IMG/VR virus record: IMGVR_UViG_3300032295_003161
From: an uncultured virus (IMG/VR IMGVR_UViG_3300032295_003161)
Taxonomy: Duplodnaviria; Heunggongvirae; Uroviricota; Caudoviricetes
Reading direction: 5' to 3' (one strand)
DNA length: 64,000 nucleotides
Every line of letters begins with the position of its first letter. The first letter of the stretch is position 1. Shown here piece after piece: positions 28,471-37,415 of this stretch. The position numbers and the translations under genes are program-made. The notes under the pieces are model-generated. The model made no database searches, was not told the origin of the DNA, and saw only the letters and a list, made by a program, of their open reading frames with translations.

Positions 28471-28983
28471 TTAAATAGAATCTAAAAAATGTTTTACAAT
28501 ATAATTTTTTTCTGTTTTTTCTGTAAGACTTATATAAATTTTAATAGATGCTTTTGGAAGAATTTTAGAAATTTTTATTTTAGAAAAACCATTCAACTTA
28601 AAATTATAATCTATAACTGTTTCATTTTTTTCTTCATTATCTTTAAAACAAGGAACTTCTAATCTTTGAAAAAGATTGCCATTTGCATCGGAATTTATAA
28701 ATTTTAAAGTTTGCAAAACTTGTTTTTCTTTTTCATTTTTACTTTTGCTAAAAATAACAATTTTATCTGTTTTTAAATTAATATCTATAAAATCATTTAA
28801 AATATCTTTATAAGTAATGTCAGAAAATCCAGAACTTATTTTGACTGAACCAATGTTTAAATTTCCTTTTACATCAAAATTTGAATTGCTTATGTTTGCA
28901 TAAGGACATAATATTTCAAAATCTAAAATATCTTCATTTGAAAAAGATTCTATATTTATTATATATATATTTTTATATTCCAT
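28471..28983 (-). CDS. divergent capsid-protein paralog
   Basis: IGSVKISSGFSDITY, QVLQT, DANGNL, NGFSK align to capsid gene. Confidence 0.7.
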   Translation of the reverse strand: MEYKNIYIINIESFSNEDILDFEILCPYANISNSNFDVKGNLNIGSVKISSGFSDITYKDILNDFIDINLKTDKIVIFSKSKNEKEKQVLQTLKFINSDANGNLFQRLEVPCFKDNEEKNETVIDYNFKLNGFSKIKISKILPKASIKIYISLTEKTEKNYIVKHFLDSI

Positions 28984-28984
28984 A

Positions 28985-30061
28985 TTATTTTCTTGGTTTT
29001 CTGCTTACCGTACTTCTTTTTGCAGTAGTTCTTTTAGTTGCAGTTTTTTTACGAACTGGTTTTTCTAATCCACTATCTTTTGCAATTTTTTCAATACCTG
29101 CTAAAATTTCTGGGTCGCCAAATGTCGGCATATTATCAGCTACTTTAGTTTCGGCTTTAAACCCACCATTATCATTTAGTATAGAGTAAACTCCATTTTC
29201 TACTTCTTCTGGCTCAAAAAATTCAACTTGAGAATCTAAATTAGTTGCTGGTTTTTTTCTTTTTGGAGCAACATATTCTTGCTCTACCGCTTCACTAATA
29301 TTTTCCGTATATTCTGCACTTTGAGTTTCTGTTTTAACTTCTGCTTTTGGTGTTGGTGTTGGCGTTGGCTTTGTTCTATAAGCGTTTTGCTCACGAATAG
29401 CCAAAGTGTTTTCTCTCAATGAATCTAAAATACCATTTGCTGTTTTTCTTAACATAAATGCTTGAACTCCTTTTGCTCCAAAGTCGGTTGCAAAGTAATA
29501 CATAAGCAATTGTTCATCGGTCATACCGATACCACGTTTTTTGAAAACTCTCTCTAATGGTGGTTTTACTTTTTCTTTAAATTCATCTGAAACAGAAAAC
29601 GCATCTTTTATGCTATCGTTATACTCACTCGCAAATTCCTTAACTCCTAAACTACCGCCTTCAGTTGGTATTTCAAGATTTGGGTCTATTTCTCCTTCAG
29701 CAATTAATCTATCTAATTTTCCTTCTGAAATTTCTGGCAACTTACCTAAAAGTCCACAACCCTTTTCGTAAAGGTCAATAGCCATTTCTGCCATCATTTT
29801 AGCACCCATTGTTTTTTCTTTACCATCTAACTCGCTATAAGATTGGTTAAATGGTCTTTCTGGTTCTGGCTCTCCGCCATCCCCTTCTTCAAAGTCATTA
29901 AAACTTGGTGGTTGAAAAGTAGGTTCTTCTAAATCGCCCATTGCTTCAACATCAGTTACATGGTGTTGAGTATATGAACGCTGTTTTACTGGTGCATCTA
30001 ATGGAGAAAAATCTTGAATAATTTCTACTTCTGGTGCTGTATTAAATGTTTCTTGGCTCAT
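28985..30061 (-). CDS. acidic hypothetical protein (possible assembly/packaging accessory)
   Basis: 358 aa ORF, acidic N-terminus, basic tail, upstream of ATPase. Confidence 0.75.
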   Translation of the reverse strand: MSQETFNTAPEVEIIQDFSPLDAPVKQRSYTQHHVTDVEAMGDLEEPTFQPPSFNDFEEGDGGEPEPERPFNQSYSELDGKEKTMGAKMMAEMAIDLYEKGCGLLGKLPEISEGKLDRLIAEGEIDPNLEIPTEGGSLGVKEFASEYNDSIKDAFSVSDEFKEKVKPPLERVFKKRGIGMTDEQLLMYYFATDFGAKGVQAFMLRKTANGILDSLRENTLAIREQNAYRTKPTPTPTPKAEVKTETQSAEYTENISEAVEQEYVAPKRKKPATNLDSQVEFFEPEEVENGVYSILNDNGGFKAETKVADNMPTFGDPEILAGIEKIAKDSGLEKPVRKKTATKRTTAKRSTVSRKPRK

Positions 30062-30073
30062 GTAATATCTATT

Positions 30074-30505
30074 TTAATTGTTGTCTATTTTTGTTTTTAT
30101 TATTTCTAATTTTTGTAAAATTTTCTTTTCAAAAGGGTGCGTTATACTCATTTGTTCTATTTCTTTTATTAAGATTGAAATATAGGTAAACGATTTTTTT
30201 GTGATAAAAGAAATTTTCTTATAATCGAAATTCTTTTGCTTGTGAAGTATGTAACAAACACTACCTAAAGCATATCTTCTATCATTTTTTCTTTTATTAG
30301 AATAAAAATCAGAAATACTCATTTCGTAGCAGTCGCTAACAATTGCTATAATATTCATAGCGTTTTTATATTCTTCTTCTGTTAAGTCTTTGTGTGTTTT
30401 TTGAATTTCTTTTAAGAGATTCGTTAGTTTGTCAACTCCAACAATATTTGCAGTAACACCAACCTCCTTTAGCATTTTGGTAAAATCTTCTTTTTCTTGG
30501 CTCAT
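30074..30505 (-). CDS. DnaA C-terminal-like HTH protein
   Basis: IIAIVSDCYEMSISDFYSNKRK..R...CYIL...YKKIS. Confidence 0.55.
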   Translation of the reverse strand: MSQEKEDFTKMLKEVGVTANIVGVDKLTNLLKEIQKTHKDLTEEEYKNAMNIIAIVSDCYEMSISDFYSNKRKNDRRYALGSVCYILHKQKNFDYKKISFITKKSFTYISILIKEIEQMSITHPFEKKILQKLEIIKTKIDNN

Positions 30506-30508
30506 CTT

Positions 30509-30898
30509 TTACACTTTTAAATAGTTGTCTATTATATCCTTTGTCATATCAAAATCCCAACTAAAAAGAGCCATATAGCCTTTTTCTTTTAGTTTATTGA
30601 TTGCTTCTAATTGGTTTTTTAAATGGTCGTCTTTAGATGCCTTAATTTCTCCATTCTTTTTGAATGGTGTTTCTACTTTTAGCTCTATAAATAAACCACT
30701 ATATCCGTTTCTTGGCTCTAAAATTAATAAATCTGGACAAGAAAACCCAAACTTTTGAATTTTTTTATTTCGATTGGCTTGTGCAGGTGTTAATTTCAAA
30801 CTGGCAATAGTATCAGACAAAAAAAGTATTTCTGGAAATTGATAACTTAAATACCTACAAATAGCCGATTGTAATTCATACTCTGGCTGTTTTTTCAT
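30509..30898 (-). CDS. VRR-NUC-like nuclease / resolvase
   Basis: EYELQ...PDLLIL...LFIELK...Q...L..KGY. Confidence 0.85.
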   Translation of the reverse strand: MKKQPEYELQSAICRYLSYQFPEILFLSDTIASLKLTPAQANRNKKIQKFGFSCPDLLILEPRNGYSGLFIELKVETPFKKNGEIKASKDDHLKNQLEAINKLKEKGYMALFSWDFDMTKDIIDNYLKV

Positions 30899-31539
30899 AT
30901 ATGATATTTTTTGGAAAATTCTTTGTGTTTCAAAATCTTATCCGCTACTTCTAATGCAAAATCATTATCCGAAGGGTAATGAAGTCCTAAATTAATTCTG
31001 CTTTCTGCAATATCATCAATTATGTTTCTACAATACTTATATTGTGTTGGGTACATACTTCCAATAACATTCAACATAACAGAAGCTTGAAGTGTGTGTC
31101 CGCTTGGGTAAGAAGCCGAATTTGATGAAAAGCTATCGAATGGAAAAAGTTTTAGCTTATAATAATTAGCTAATTGATAGGGTCTTGGTCTATTGAAGTG
31201 TACTTTTAATTTAGCAATTAAAGGATTAATATCGTCTTGTATTTGCGTACAAACTTGCTCAACATCAACCCCCCTTTGCTTAAATATAGTAGTAAGACTT
31301 TGTATCAAACTCCTATCATACGATTTATATCTTTTTAAGAAATAATCGTTTTCTTTATCTTCTAACAATGAAATACCTTCTGCAACTTCATTTAATTCTT
31401 CTTTTGTAAGTTCAGAATCATTTAAAGGCATATCAGTATTTTTTAATTCTTCAAAAAGGCTATCCACTAATCCTTTTTGACTTATTAACACTTTTGTACT
31501 CTGATTTGGATTTCCGTAAGTTACTTGGTTTAACTCCAT
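30895..31539 (-). CDS. PAP2-superfamily phosphatase
   Basis: KVHFNRPRP, SYPSGH, SRINLGLHYPSD. Confidence 0.9.
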   Translation of the reverse strand: MELNQVTYGNPNQSTKVLISQKGLVDSLFEELKNTDMPLNDSELTKEELNEVAEGISLLEDKENDYFLKRYKSYDRSLIQSLTTIFKQRGVDVEQVCTQIQDDINPLIAKLKVHFNRPRPYQLANYYKLKLFPFDSFSSNSASYPSGHTLQASVMLNVIGSMYPTQYKYCRNIIDDIAESRINLGLHYPSDNDFALEVADKILKHKEFSKKYHI

Positions 31540-31541
31540 AA

Positions 31542-31862
31542 TTATTTACTTAATAAACAACTACTCATAAATTCTGATTTTGCTTTTAGCATAGTTTCTT
31601 CCGATGCGTATCTTGCAGTTGAAGAAAAATCATTCCATTTTTTCTCACATTCCGCTTGTTTTGGATTTACTAAATTTTCAACCGCACCAGTTACAGTTCC
31701 AACCGCACCGCTAACAACACTTCCTGCTCCAGAAACTATTTCTCCTGCACCTGTTGTTACTTCGCCAATTGCATTGGTTTTCTTTTTGAATAAATCTTTT
31801 TTGAAGATAAGATAGCCAATAGCCAACCCACTTCCTACTAATAGTAAGTCTTTTGCTTTCAT
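31542..31862 (-). CDS. N-anchored membrane protein
   Basis: TM; GAV/GAG repeats; ECEKKW...FMSSC module. Confidence 0.75.
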   Translation of the reverse strand: MKAKDLLLVGSGLAIGYLIFKKDLFKKKTNAIGEVTTGAGEIVSGAGSVVSGAVGTVTGAVENLVNPKQAECEKKWNDFSSTARYASEETMLKAKSEFMSSCLLSK

Positions 31863-31864
31863 AG

Positions 31865-32002
31865 TTATTTTGCTTTATAAACCGTTAAACCTGTTTTTGT
31901 TTTTGAAGCAACGTATGTCTTACCATTGTATTCAAAAGATTGTAAATTGTTTTTTTTAGCTTCTAACATTGCTGTAAAATAGCCATTTTGAGATTTTGCC
32001 AT
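31865..32002 (-). CDS. small basic protein (45 aa, not in ORF track)
   Basis: MAKSQNGYFTAMLEAKKNNLQSFEYNGKTYVASKTKTGLTVYKAK. Confidence 0.65.
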   Translation of the reverse strand: MAKSQNGYFTAMLEAKKNNLQSFEYNGKTYVASKTKTGLTVYKAK

Positions 32003-32013
32003 GATTATTGTTT

Positions 32014-32349
32014 TTAAGTTGTTTCGTATTTTTTACCTAAAGCTTTTTTTACATTGTACTTTACTTCTTCAATGTCGCCATTCATATTTTCATATTCTTC
32101 AGCAGTTGGTTGCTCATCTAATTGTTTAATAGCTTTTCTATAATAGAAAATACCATAAATTGACAAAGTGATTAGTAATGCACTAATAACAATATCTTTA
32201 ATGTTCATTTTACCACTTGTAATACTTCCCATTGCCCCACCTTCTGAATAACTTGTTTCAATTGTTGGTGCTGGTGTTTCTACCGATACTGGCGGTGCAG
32301 TATTTACTGGTGTTGCTTCCGCTACTGGCGGTGTACTTTGTCCTTCCAT
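32014..32349 (-). CDS. membrane protein with YSEGG motif
   Basis: Pro/Thr-rich N-terminus, YSEGG, central TM. Confidence 0.75.
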   Translation of the reverse strand: MEGQSTPPVAEATPVNTAPPVSVETPAPTIETSYSEGGAMGSITSGKMNIKDIVISALLITLSIYGIFYYRKAIKQLDEQPTAEEYENMNGDIEEVKYNVKKALGKKYETT

Positions 32350-32954
32350 TACTCTATTGTTTTAAAAATTTTACCTTGATTTAAGTTATGGACTACTTCA
32401 AAATTATTTTGAGCCATAACTTCTACTATTTGATTCCAACCATAAAATAATTTATGTGTACCAAAGTAACCATCCCAATCTTCTCCATCATCGCTTAATG
32501 GTGCTTCAAAGTAAATATATTTTACTCCTTTACAATATTTTGCTAATGCGTCAAAATGCTCGTTACTTAAATGCTCTATAAAGTGAGTAGCAATTACAAT
32601 ATCACATTTTGGTCTATCATTATCATTAAACCAATCAAATTTTGATGGAAAAATATATTTAAATTTTGGGTCTTTACATTTTGTTTTTTCAATAGCTGAC
32701 TTGCATATTTCTATTCCAGTCCAACTATTAATTTCATATTCTTTCAAAGCGGTTTCACATAAATCTGCTTTCCAAGTTCCAAACTCTAAAACATCTGCAT
32801 TTTTTTTACCTAATTCTAATAGGATTTTTACGTTTTCATAGTTATAATGTGCTTGGTCTGGATATAATTCTTCTAATTTGTTATGGTATTCCACTTGCTC
32901 GTCAATACTCATTGTGTCATACTTATTTCTCCAATCATCAAATTCGTTTGTCAT
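32349..32954 (-). CDS. class I SAM-dependent methyltransferase
   Basis: VLEFGTW, WTGIEI, DIVIATHFIEHL. Confidence 0.8.
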   Translation of the reverse strand: MTNEFDDWRNKYDTMSIDEQVEYHNKLEELYPDQAHYNYENVKILLELGKKNADVLEFGTWKADLCETALKEYEINSWTGIEICKSAIEKTKCKDPKFKYIFPSKFDWFNDNDRPKCDIVIATHFIEHLSNEHFDALAKYCKGVKYIYFEAPLSDDGEDWDGYFGTHKLFYGWNQIVEVMAQNNFEVVHNLNQGKIFKTIE

Positions 32955-32955
32955 A

Positions 32956-33369
32956 TTATTTTTTTTTAATTGATATTAATATCAAAGCTAAACCCAATAA
33001 TCCAGAAACTCCTGCATAAGCATATTTGTTTTTAGTCAAATGCACTTTTAATTTGCTTTCTTCTGGTGTTGTTTTAGTATTTTTAGGTTTAGTTCCTATA
33101 ACTACAATTTCATCCAATTCTGTTGCCGATTCTTGTAAGGTTATTTTTTTATCTTGTAATTGATTAGTTGTAAAAGTTTGTTTTGTAAAACCAACATAGC
33201 TTACTTCAAAAACATCTGTTTCTAAAAGACTATCGCTTTCTAAACTGAAGTTACCATCAAAGTCTGTTGTCGTTCCAACCTTTCCAGATTTAGAACCACT
33301 TCTTAATGTTATGTTTGCACCCATTAAAGGCACATTATCTATATCTACTATTTTACCGCTAATTTTCAT
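32956..33369 (-). CDS. carboxypeptidase-regulatory-like (SusC N-terminal type) domain with C-terminal TM
   Basis: ISGKIVD..PLMGANI..GTTTDFDGNFSL..VSYVGF..LDEIVV. Confidence 0.85.
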   Translation of the reverse strand: MKISGKIVDIDNVPLMGANITLRSGSKSGKVGTTTDFDGNFSLESDSLLETDVFEVSYVGFTKQTFTTNQLQDKKITLQESATELDEIVVIGTKPKNTKTTPEESKLKVHLTKNKYAYAGVSGLLGLALILISIKKK

Positions 33370-33515
33370 TATGCTTTTCCGTTTAATCTTTTAATGGTGT
33401 AGTAATTTACTATTGCACCTAATGTAAATGACACAATTCCAACTACAACAAATACAGTCGATAAATGTTTGTGTACTTGTGTGTTTTTTTCTTGTTTATT
33501 TTCTTGTTCTAACAT
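33369..33515 (-). CDS. small membrane protein (48 aa, not in ORF track)
   Basis: MLEQENKQEKNTQVHKHLSTVFVVVGIVSFTLGAIVNYYTIKRLNGKA. Confidence 0.6.
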   Translation of the reverse strand: MLEQENKQEKNTQVHKHLSTVFVVVGIVSFTLGAIVNYYTIKRLNGKA

Positions 33516-34161
33516 ATATGTATGCACCTCCTAATGCGATTAATCCAATTCCTAAAACTAATGCTAATTTATTACCTGTTGACAAAGCGTAAGGCTTGTT
33601 CAGTACATAAAAAGCATCTAATCTATTCAGCCACCCTTTAAGGTTTTTTGGTTGATTTAAAGCCTTGTATTTACTTGCTCTAAAATCATATAGTTTTTCA
33701 AACAATTCTGGTGTTTGACCCTTTTTATCTAACTCATTAACGTAAGCCACTATTTGACCTATATTATTAAATGTTTTATTGTAGCTTGATTTGAAAAATT
33801 GTTTCAAAAAACTTGTTGCTCCTCCTACTCCACTTCCCCAAGCCATTTCTACAAAAGTATTTGCAATAGCTTGATTTCTTACTTCATCTCCTTTCATTGG
33901 ATTCCAATACCCTTGTTTGTATATTTTCCCCCAAACATCATTTGGCATATTCAAAAAGTTTGAACAAGAACCACTATATCCTAAACTTGAAGCGTTAGAA
34001 CTAAATGTTGACCAAGTTACCCCTTTATTAGTGTGATATGGTTGTCCATTAGAACCACTACCGCAAGGCGATGGATTTCTACTCGCTGTATCTGTTGTAG
34101 CGGAACTCAATCCACCTTCTTTTGATTTAATAAATGATATTATGTTTCTATAATCTGCCAT
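33496..34161 (-). CDS. glycoside hydrolase family 108 lysozyme with C-terminal TM anchor
   Basis: KEGG, TNKGVT, IYKQGYW, GWLNRL; hydrophobic C-terminus. Confidence 0.85.
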   Translation of the reverse strand: MADYRNIISFIKSKEGGLSSATTDTASRNPSPCGSGSNGQPYHTNKGVTWSTFSSNASSLGYSGSCSNFLNMPNDVWGKIYKQGYWNPMKGDEVRNQAIANTFVEMAWGSGVGGATSFLKQFFKSSYNKTFNNIGQIVAYVNELDKKGQTPELFEKLYDFRASKYKALNQPKNLKGWLNRLDAFYVLNKPYALSTGNKLALVLGIGLIALGGAYIYVRTRK

Positions 34162-34454
34162 TACCATAAAATTTTATCAGCATAATATCCATTTGAACCA
34201 ACTTTATGTCGGTCTTTTTCATGCCTTTCTTTATACAATTTTCTACGCTTGTATGCGTAACCTTTTTCGTAATACCCCTTTTTTTCTTTTTCAAGATATG
34301 TAGGGTAATCATTCATTCCTCTCGCACCAACACTCGCTACTTTCTTACCATTTTTAAAAACATCTATTTTTTTCAAAAGGTTGGTAGATGGTTTAATAAC
34401 CACCCCCAACTCTTTTGCCTTTCTAAAGCTATATGGTAAAATTTTGTAAGCCAT
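34161..34454 (-). CDS. DUF5754-like small basic protein
   Basis: KPST..KKIDV...VGARGMNDY...RRKLYKERH...YYADKILW. Confidence 0.6.
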   Translation of the reverse strand: MAYKILPYSFRKAKELGVVIKPSTNLLKKIDVFKNGKKVASVGARGMNDYPTYLEKEKKGYYEKGYAYKRRKLYKERHEKDRHKVGSNGYYADKILW

Positions 34455-34609
34455 TATTTCACGTTTTCAATACTTAATAATGCTTCTTGAAGATTTACTT
34501 GTTTGCTGTAAATTCTTTGCATAAATAGTTTTTGCCAAACTAAAAAACTTGCATAAGAAACTCCTAAAAAACCTAAACCTAATAAACTATATTTTAATGC
34601 TTTTTTCAT
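34454..34609 (-). CDS. small N-anchored membrane protein (51 aa, not in ORF track)
   Basis: MKKALKYSLLGLGFLGVSYASFLVWQKLF... Confidence 0.65.
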   Translation of the reverse strand: MKKALKYSLLGLGFLGVSYASFLVWQKLFMQRIYSKQVNLQEALLSIENVK

Positions 34610-34612
34610 AAT

Positions 34613-35191
34613 CTAAACTATTTTACCAAAACCTGTTTTTTTAGCAACTCTTTTTATATTCCCACTCATTACCTTCAAATATTCACTTGAAGGTGTTGTG
34701 GTATATCCAGACTTTGCAATCATTATTATTTGTTCTTCTGGACTTTTGGAATTTAATCTTGCGTTTTTATACCTCTCGCCCAACAATACTTGAATGTTTT
34801 GTTTTATACCATCTTCAGCGTTTTTAAATTTAGCAAATTTGGTGTCTTTAACCAAAACTCTTTTGCCATTTTTCACTTCGTATGTATCTGATAAAACATA
34901 ACTATCGTGTATGTTTGAATTATACTTTACCCCACCAAAATTAAATGAACCAGTAGGTATGTTTCTACCATATCCAGATTCAGTAATTTTTAATGCCGTT
35001 ATTGCAGGAAAAAACAAACCAGTTCCCTTTATTGCTCTTGCAATACCTTCTCCATATAAGTATATAAAATACCTAACTTTAGTGTCAGCATCTACATAAC
35101 TATTAAAATCAGTTTTCGATAATTTGTTCAAATATGAAACTAACTCCTCATTGGTTAATTTATCTAATTCAGATTTAGTTTTTACAGCCAT
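34613..35191 (-). CDS. GH73-like glucosaminidase
   Basis: TESGYG, NFGGVK, TYEV, FAKF, GYTT. Confidence 0.85.
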   Translation of the reverse strand: MAVKTKSELDKLTNEELVSYLNKLSKTDFNSYVDADTKVRYFIYLYGEGIARAIKGTGLFFPAITALKITESGYGRNIPTGSFNFGGVKYNSNIHDSYVLSDTYEVKNGKRVLVKDTKFAKFKNAEDGIKQNIQVLLGERYKNARLNSKSPEEQIIMIAKSGYTTTPSSEYLKVMSGNIKRVAKKTGFGKIV

Positions 35192-35203
35192 TTCTTTTAT
35201 TTT

Positions 35204-35605
35204 TTATCTGTTATTTTTAAATATGTTTATTGCTCCAATACTGGCAACAAGTAACACACTTCCGATAATCAAAGCAGTAATTCCACCAGAAGATTTTTCT
35301 TTTTCTTCAATGATAGGTGTTTCTACTGAATTTGGTTTTTCTTCTCCTTTTGGTTTTTGAATAGATTTTGTTTTTTCTTCTAACAAGTCCTCTAAATCTT
35401 CAATTAAATCATCTTCATAGTCATTTACATAATCTGTAATTTCTTCTAAAGATTCTTTTAATTCTTCGTCATCTGGATTAGCTTCTAACTCTTTTTTAGC
35501 TAAATCTAATCTTTGATGTAAATTCTTCAAACCATCTAATCTTTTACCAATAGGTGCTGTTACCTTATTGTCCAATTTCTCTAACAAAATTTTAATTTTA
35601 TCCAT
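35204..35605 (-). CDS. acidic coiled-coil protein with C-terminal TM
   Basis: GGITALIIGSVLLVASIGAINIF. Confidence 0.75.
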   Translation of the reverse strand: MDKIKILLEKLDNKVTAPIGKRLDGLKNLHQRLDLAKKELEANPDDEELKESLEEITDYVNDYEDDLIEDLEDLLEEKTKSIQKPKGEEKPNSVETPIIEEKEKSSGGITALIIGSVLLVASIGAINIFKNNR

Positions 35606-35669
35606 TTTTTTCGGTATTTATTTAAGTTATTTTAAGTACAAATATAATAAATTTTAATTATAATATAAG

Positions 35670-35870
35670 TTATTCTGGAAATGGTGTGTATTCAATCCTT
35701 TCTAACTCATTTAATTGGTCGTAAATTGGCTGAAATGGTTCGTATGTAAGTGCATCAAGACCTATAAACCATTTATCTGCTCCATCTTTTTCAAACTCTA
35801 ATCTAAAAACTCCATTTCTATAACCATTTAAGGCTTTGTATTGTTCTGTGTTTGGACTTAAAACTATCAT
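35670..35870 (-). CDS. hypothetical protein
   Basis: 66 aa ORF coupled to 35872-36663. Confidence 0.7.
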   Translation of the reverse strand: MIVLSPNTEQYKALNGYRNGVFRLEFEKDGADKWFIGLDALTYEPFQPIYDQLNELERIEYTPFPE

Positions 35871-35871
35871 A

Positions 35872-36663
35872 TTAAACTAAATTTGTCATATAAGTATTAA
35901 TTGCATTATATAAGTTTGTGTTCAATGTTGCATCTCCACCTGCTGTAACTAAAGAAGCACCCATACCATAAATAGAAATTGTATGAGTTCCATAATTTCC
36001 TGCTGACCTAAAAATTAATTGAACTTGTGTAGATGTTCCTGTACTTGGAGTAGTTCCACTAATAGATAAATTAGTGTTTTCATAAACTCTTATTTGATTA
36101 CTTGCTGGTCTATTTATTGACTTTAAACCACTTCCTGATAAAACTCCAACTGCATTACTTGAATTACCATTATTTATATTTTGTGTAGCTGGACTGCCTT
36201 CAAAAGTCATTCTATTACCTGCATTTACACTTCCACCATCTATTATTGATGTACCTGCTGTATGAATCCAAGCGAACCTACCTGCATCATCTCTTACATA
36301 ACTTGAACCTTGAGAAGATGGAGTGAAATTTGTTGAAATAGAACCTGTACCAGTATTAGTAAATCCGCTATTTGTGGCAAAAGTTAATGGATTAGTTAAT
36401 GTAGCTAAAAAATTATTAGGATTTTTCCAATTTATTGTAGAGAAAACATTATTACCATTTGTACCTGTTGCTAAAACATAAAAAACATCTAATTTATTCC
36501 AAACACCACCTGCTTTTAAATCAACAATAAGTTTGTTTTGAACAGCTTGTTGTGCAGAAGTAGGAATAGTAGCACCAACTAATGTACTTGCATAAGTAAG
36601 TATGGCTTGATAAGAACTATCAAAACCATTTTGTCCTTGTCCTGCTCCTAATAATGTTAACAT
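35872..36663 (-). CDS. putative virion spike/receptor-binding protein
   Basis: QNKLIVDLKAGGVWNKLDVFYV followed by Ser/Thr/Gly/Asn-rich beta domain. Confidence 0.6.
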   Translation of the reverse strand: MLTLLGAGQGQNGFDSSYQAILTYASTLVGATIPTSAQQAVQNKLIVDLKAGGVWNKLDVFYVLATGTNGNNVFSTINWKNPNNFLATLTNPLTFATNSGFTNTGTGSISTNFTPSSQGSSYVRDDAGRFAWIHTAGTSIIDGGSVNAGNRMTFEGSPATQNINNGNSSNAVGVLSGSGLKSINRPASNQIRVYENTNLSISGTTPSTGTSTQVQLIFRSAGNYGTHTISIYGMGASLVTAGGDATLNTNLYNAINTYMTNLV

Positions 36664-36664
36664 A

Positions 36665-37324
36665 TTATGCGTAAGTTAAATTAACAATCACATCTCCTGC
36701 TCCAACCGCACCTGTATCAGCAGTTGCCGAACCACTTGTAATTGCTATACCAATCCCTAAAGGAAAATTAACTCCCATTGAAAAAGGAATAGCAACCCCA
36801 GCTCCTTGCGTATTAGCTGGTACTGGAATAGTCATTAAAGGCTCATCAGTTCCTACTGTTGGTGCAGTTGCTTTACTATAAATTTTTAAGTATCTAACCG
36901 TACTTGTCAAACCAATTGCAATTATAGAATATAAGTTACCGCCACTTGCTTTTACAACATTTGCATTTGTAGAAGCAGTAGATATTAATTTGTAAGCAGT
37001 TGTTCCATTTGCTCCAGTATTGTTTGGTCTTGGACTAACTGGTACTGGAGATGCAGAAGTTGAACTTGTTCCAAAATAAGTTGAAGCAAATGTCAAAAAT
37101 GTTGCTAAAGTAAAAGGTGTTCCAGTTTGGTCTTCACAATCCGATAAAAGTCCTTCAAAAACAGTTAAGTTGTTACCTTGAGCTGTATTAAACAATACTA
37201 CTCTTGGAGTAGGTTCATATAAACTAATACTTTGTAAACCAATATATAGCGTTGGTAAGTACAACACATTTGTTGCTCCTACCGATATTTGTAAAGTTGA
37301 ATTTACTATTGTAAATTTTGCCAT
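36665..37324 (-). CDS. putative virion structural beta-sandwich protein
   Basis: VVKASGGNLYSI..YLKIY.KATAPTVGTD..FPLGIGIAIT; start MAKFT. Confidence 0.6.
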   Translation of the reverse strand: MAKFTIVNSTLQISVGATNVLYLPTLYIGLQSISLYEPTPRVVLFNTAQGNNLTVFEGLLSDCEDQTGTPFTLATFLTFASTYFGTSSTSASPVPVSPRPNNTGANGTTAYKLISTASTNANVVKASGGNLYSIIAIGLTSTVRYLKIYSKATAPTVGTDEPLMTIPVPANTQGAGVAIPFSMGVNFPLGIGIAITSGSATADTGAVGAGDVIVNLTYA

Positions 37325-37415
37325 AATTATTTTTTTTATTTTAAAGTGTAAATATACTATTTTTTTTAAAATCAAGGCGTTAATGTATTTCAATTAACAC
37401 CTTGACTTAATTTTA

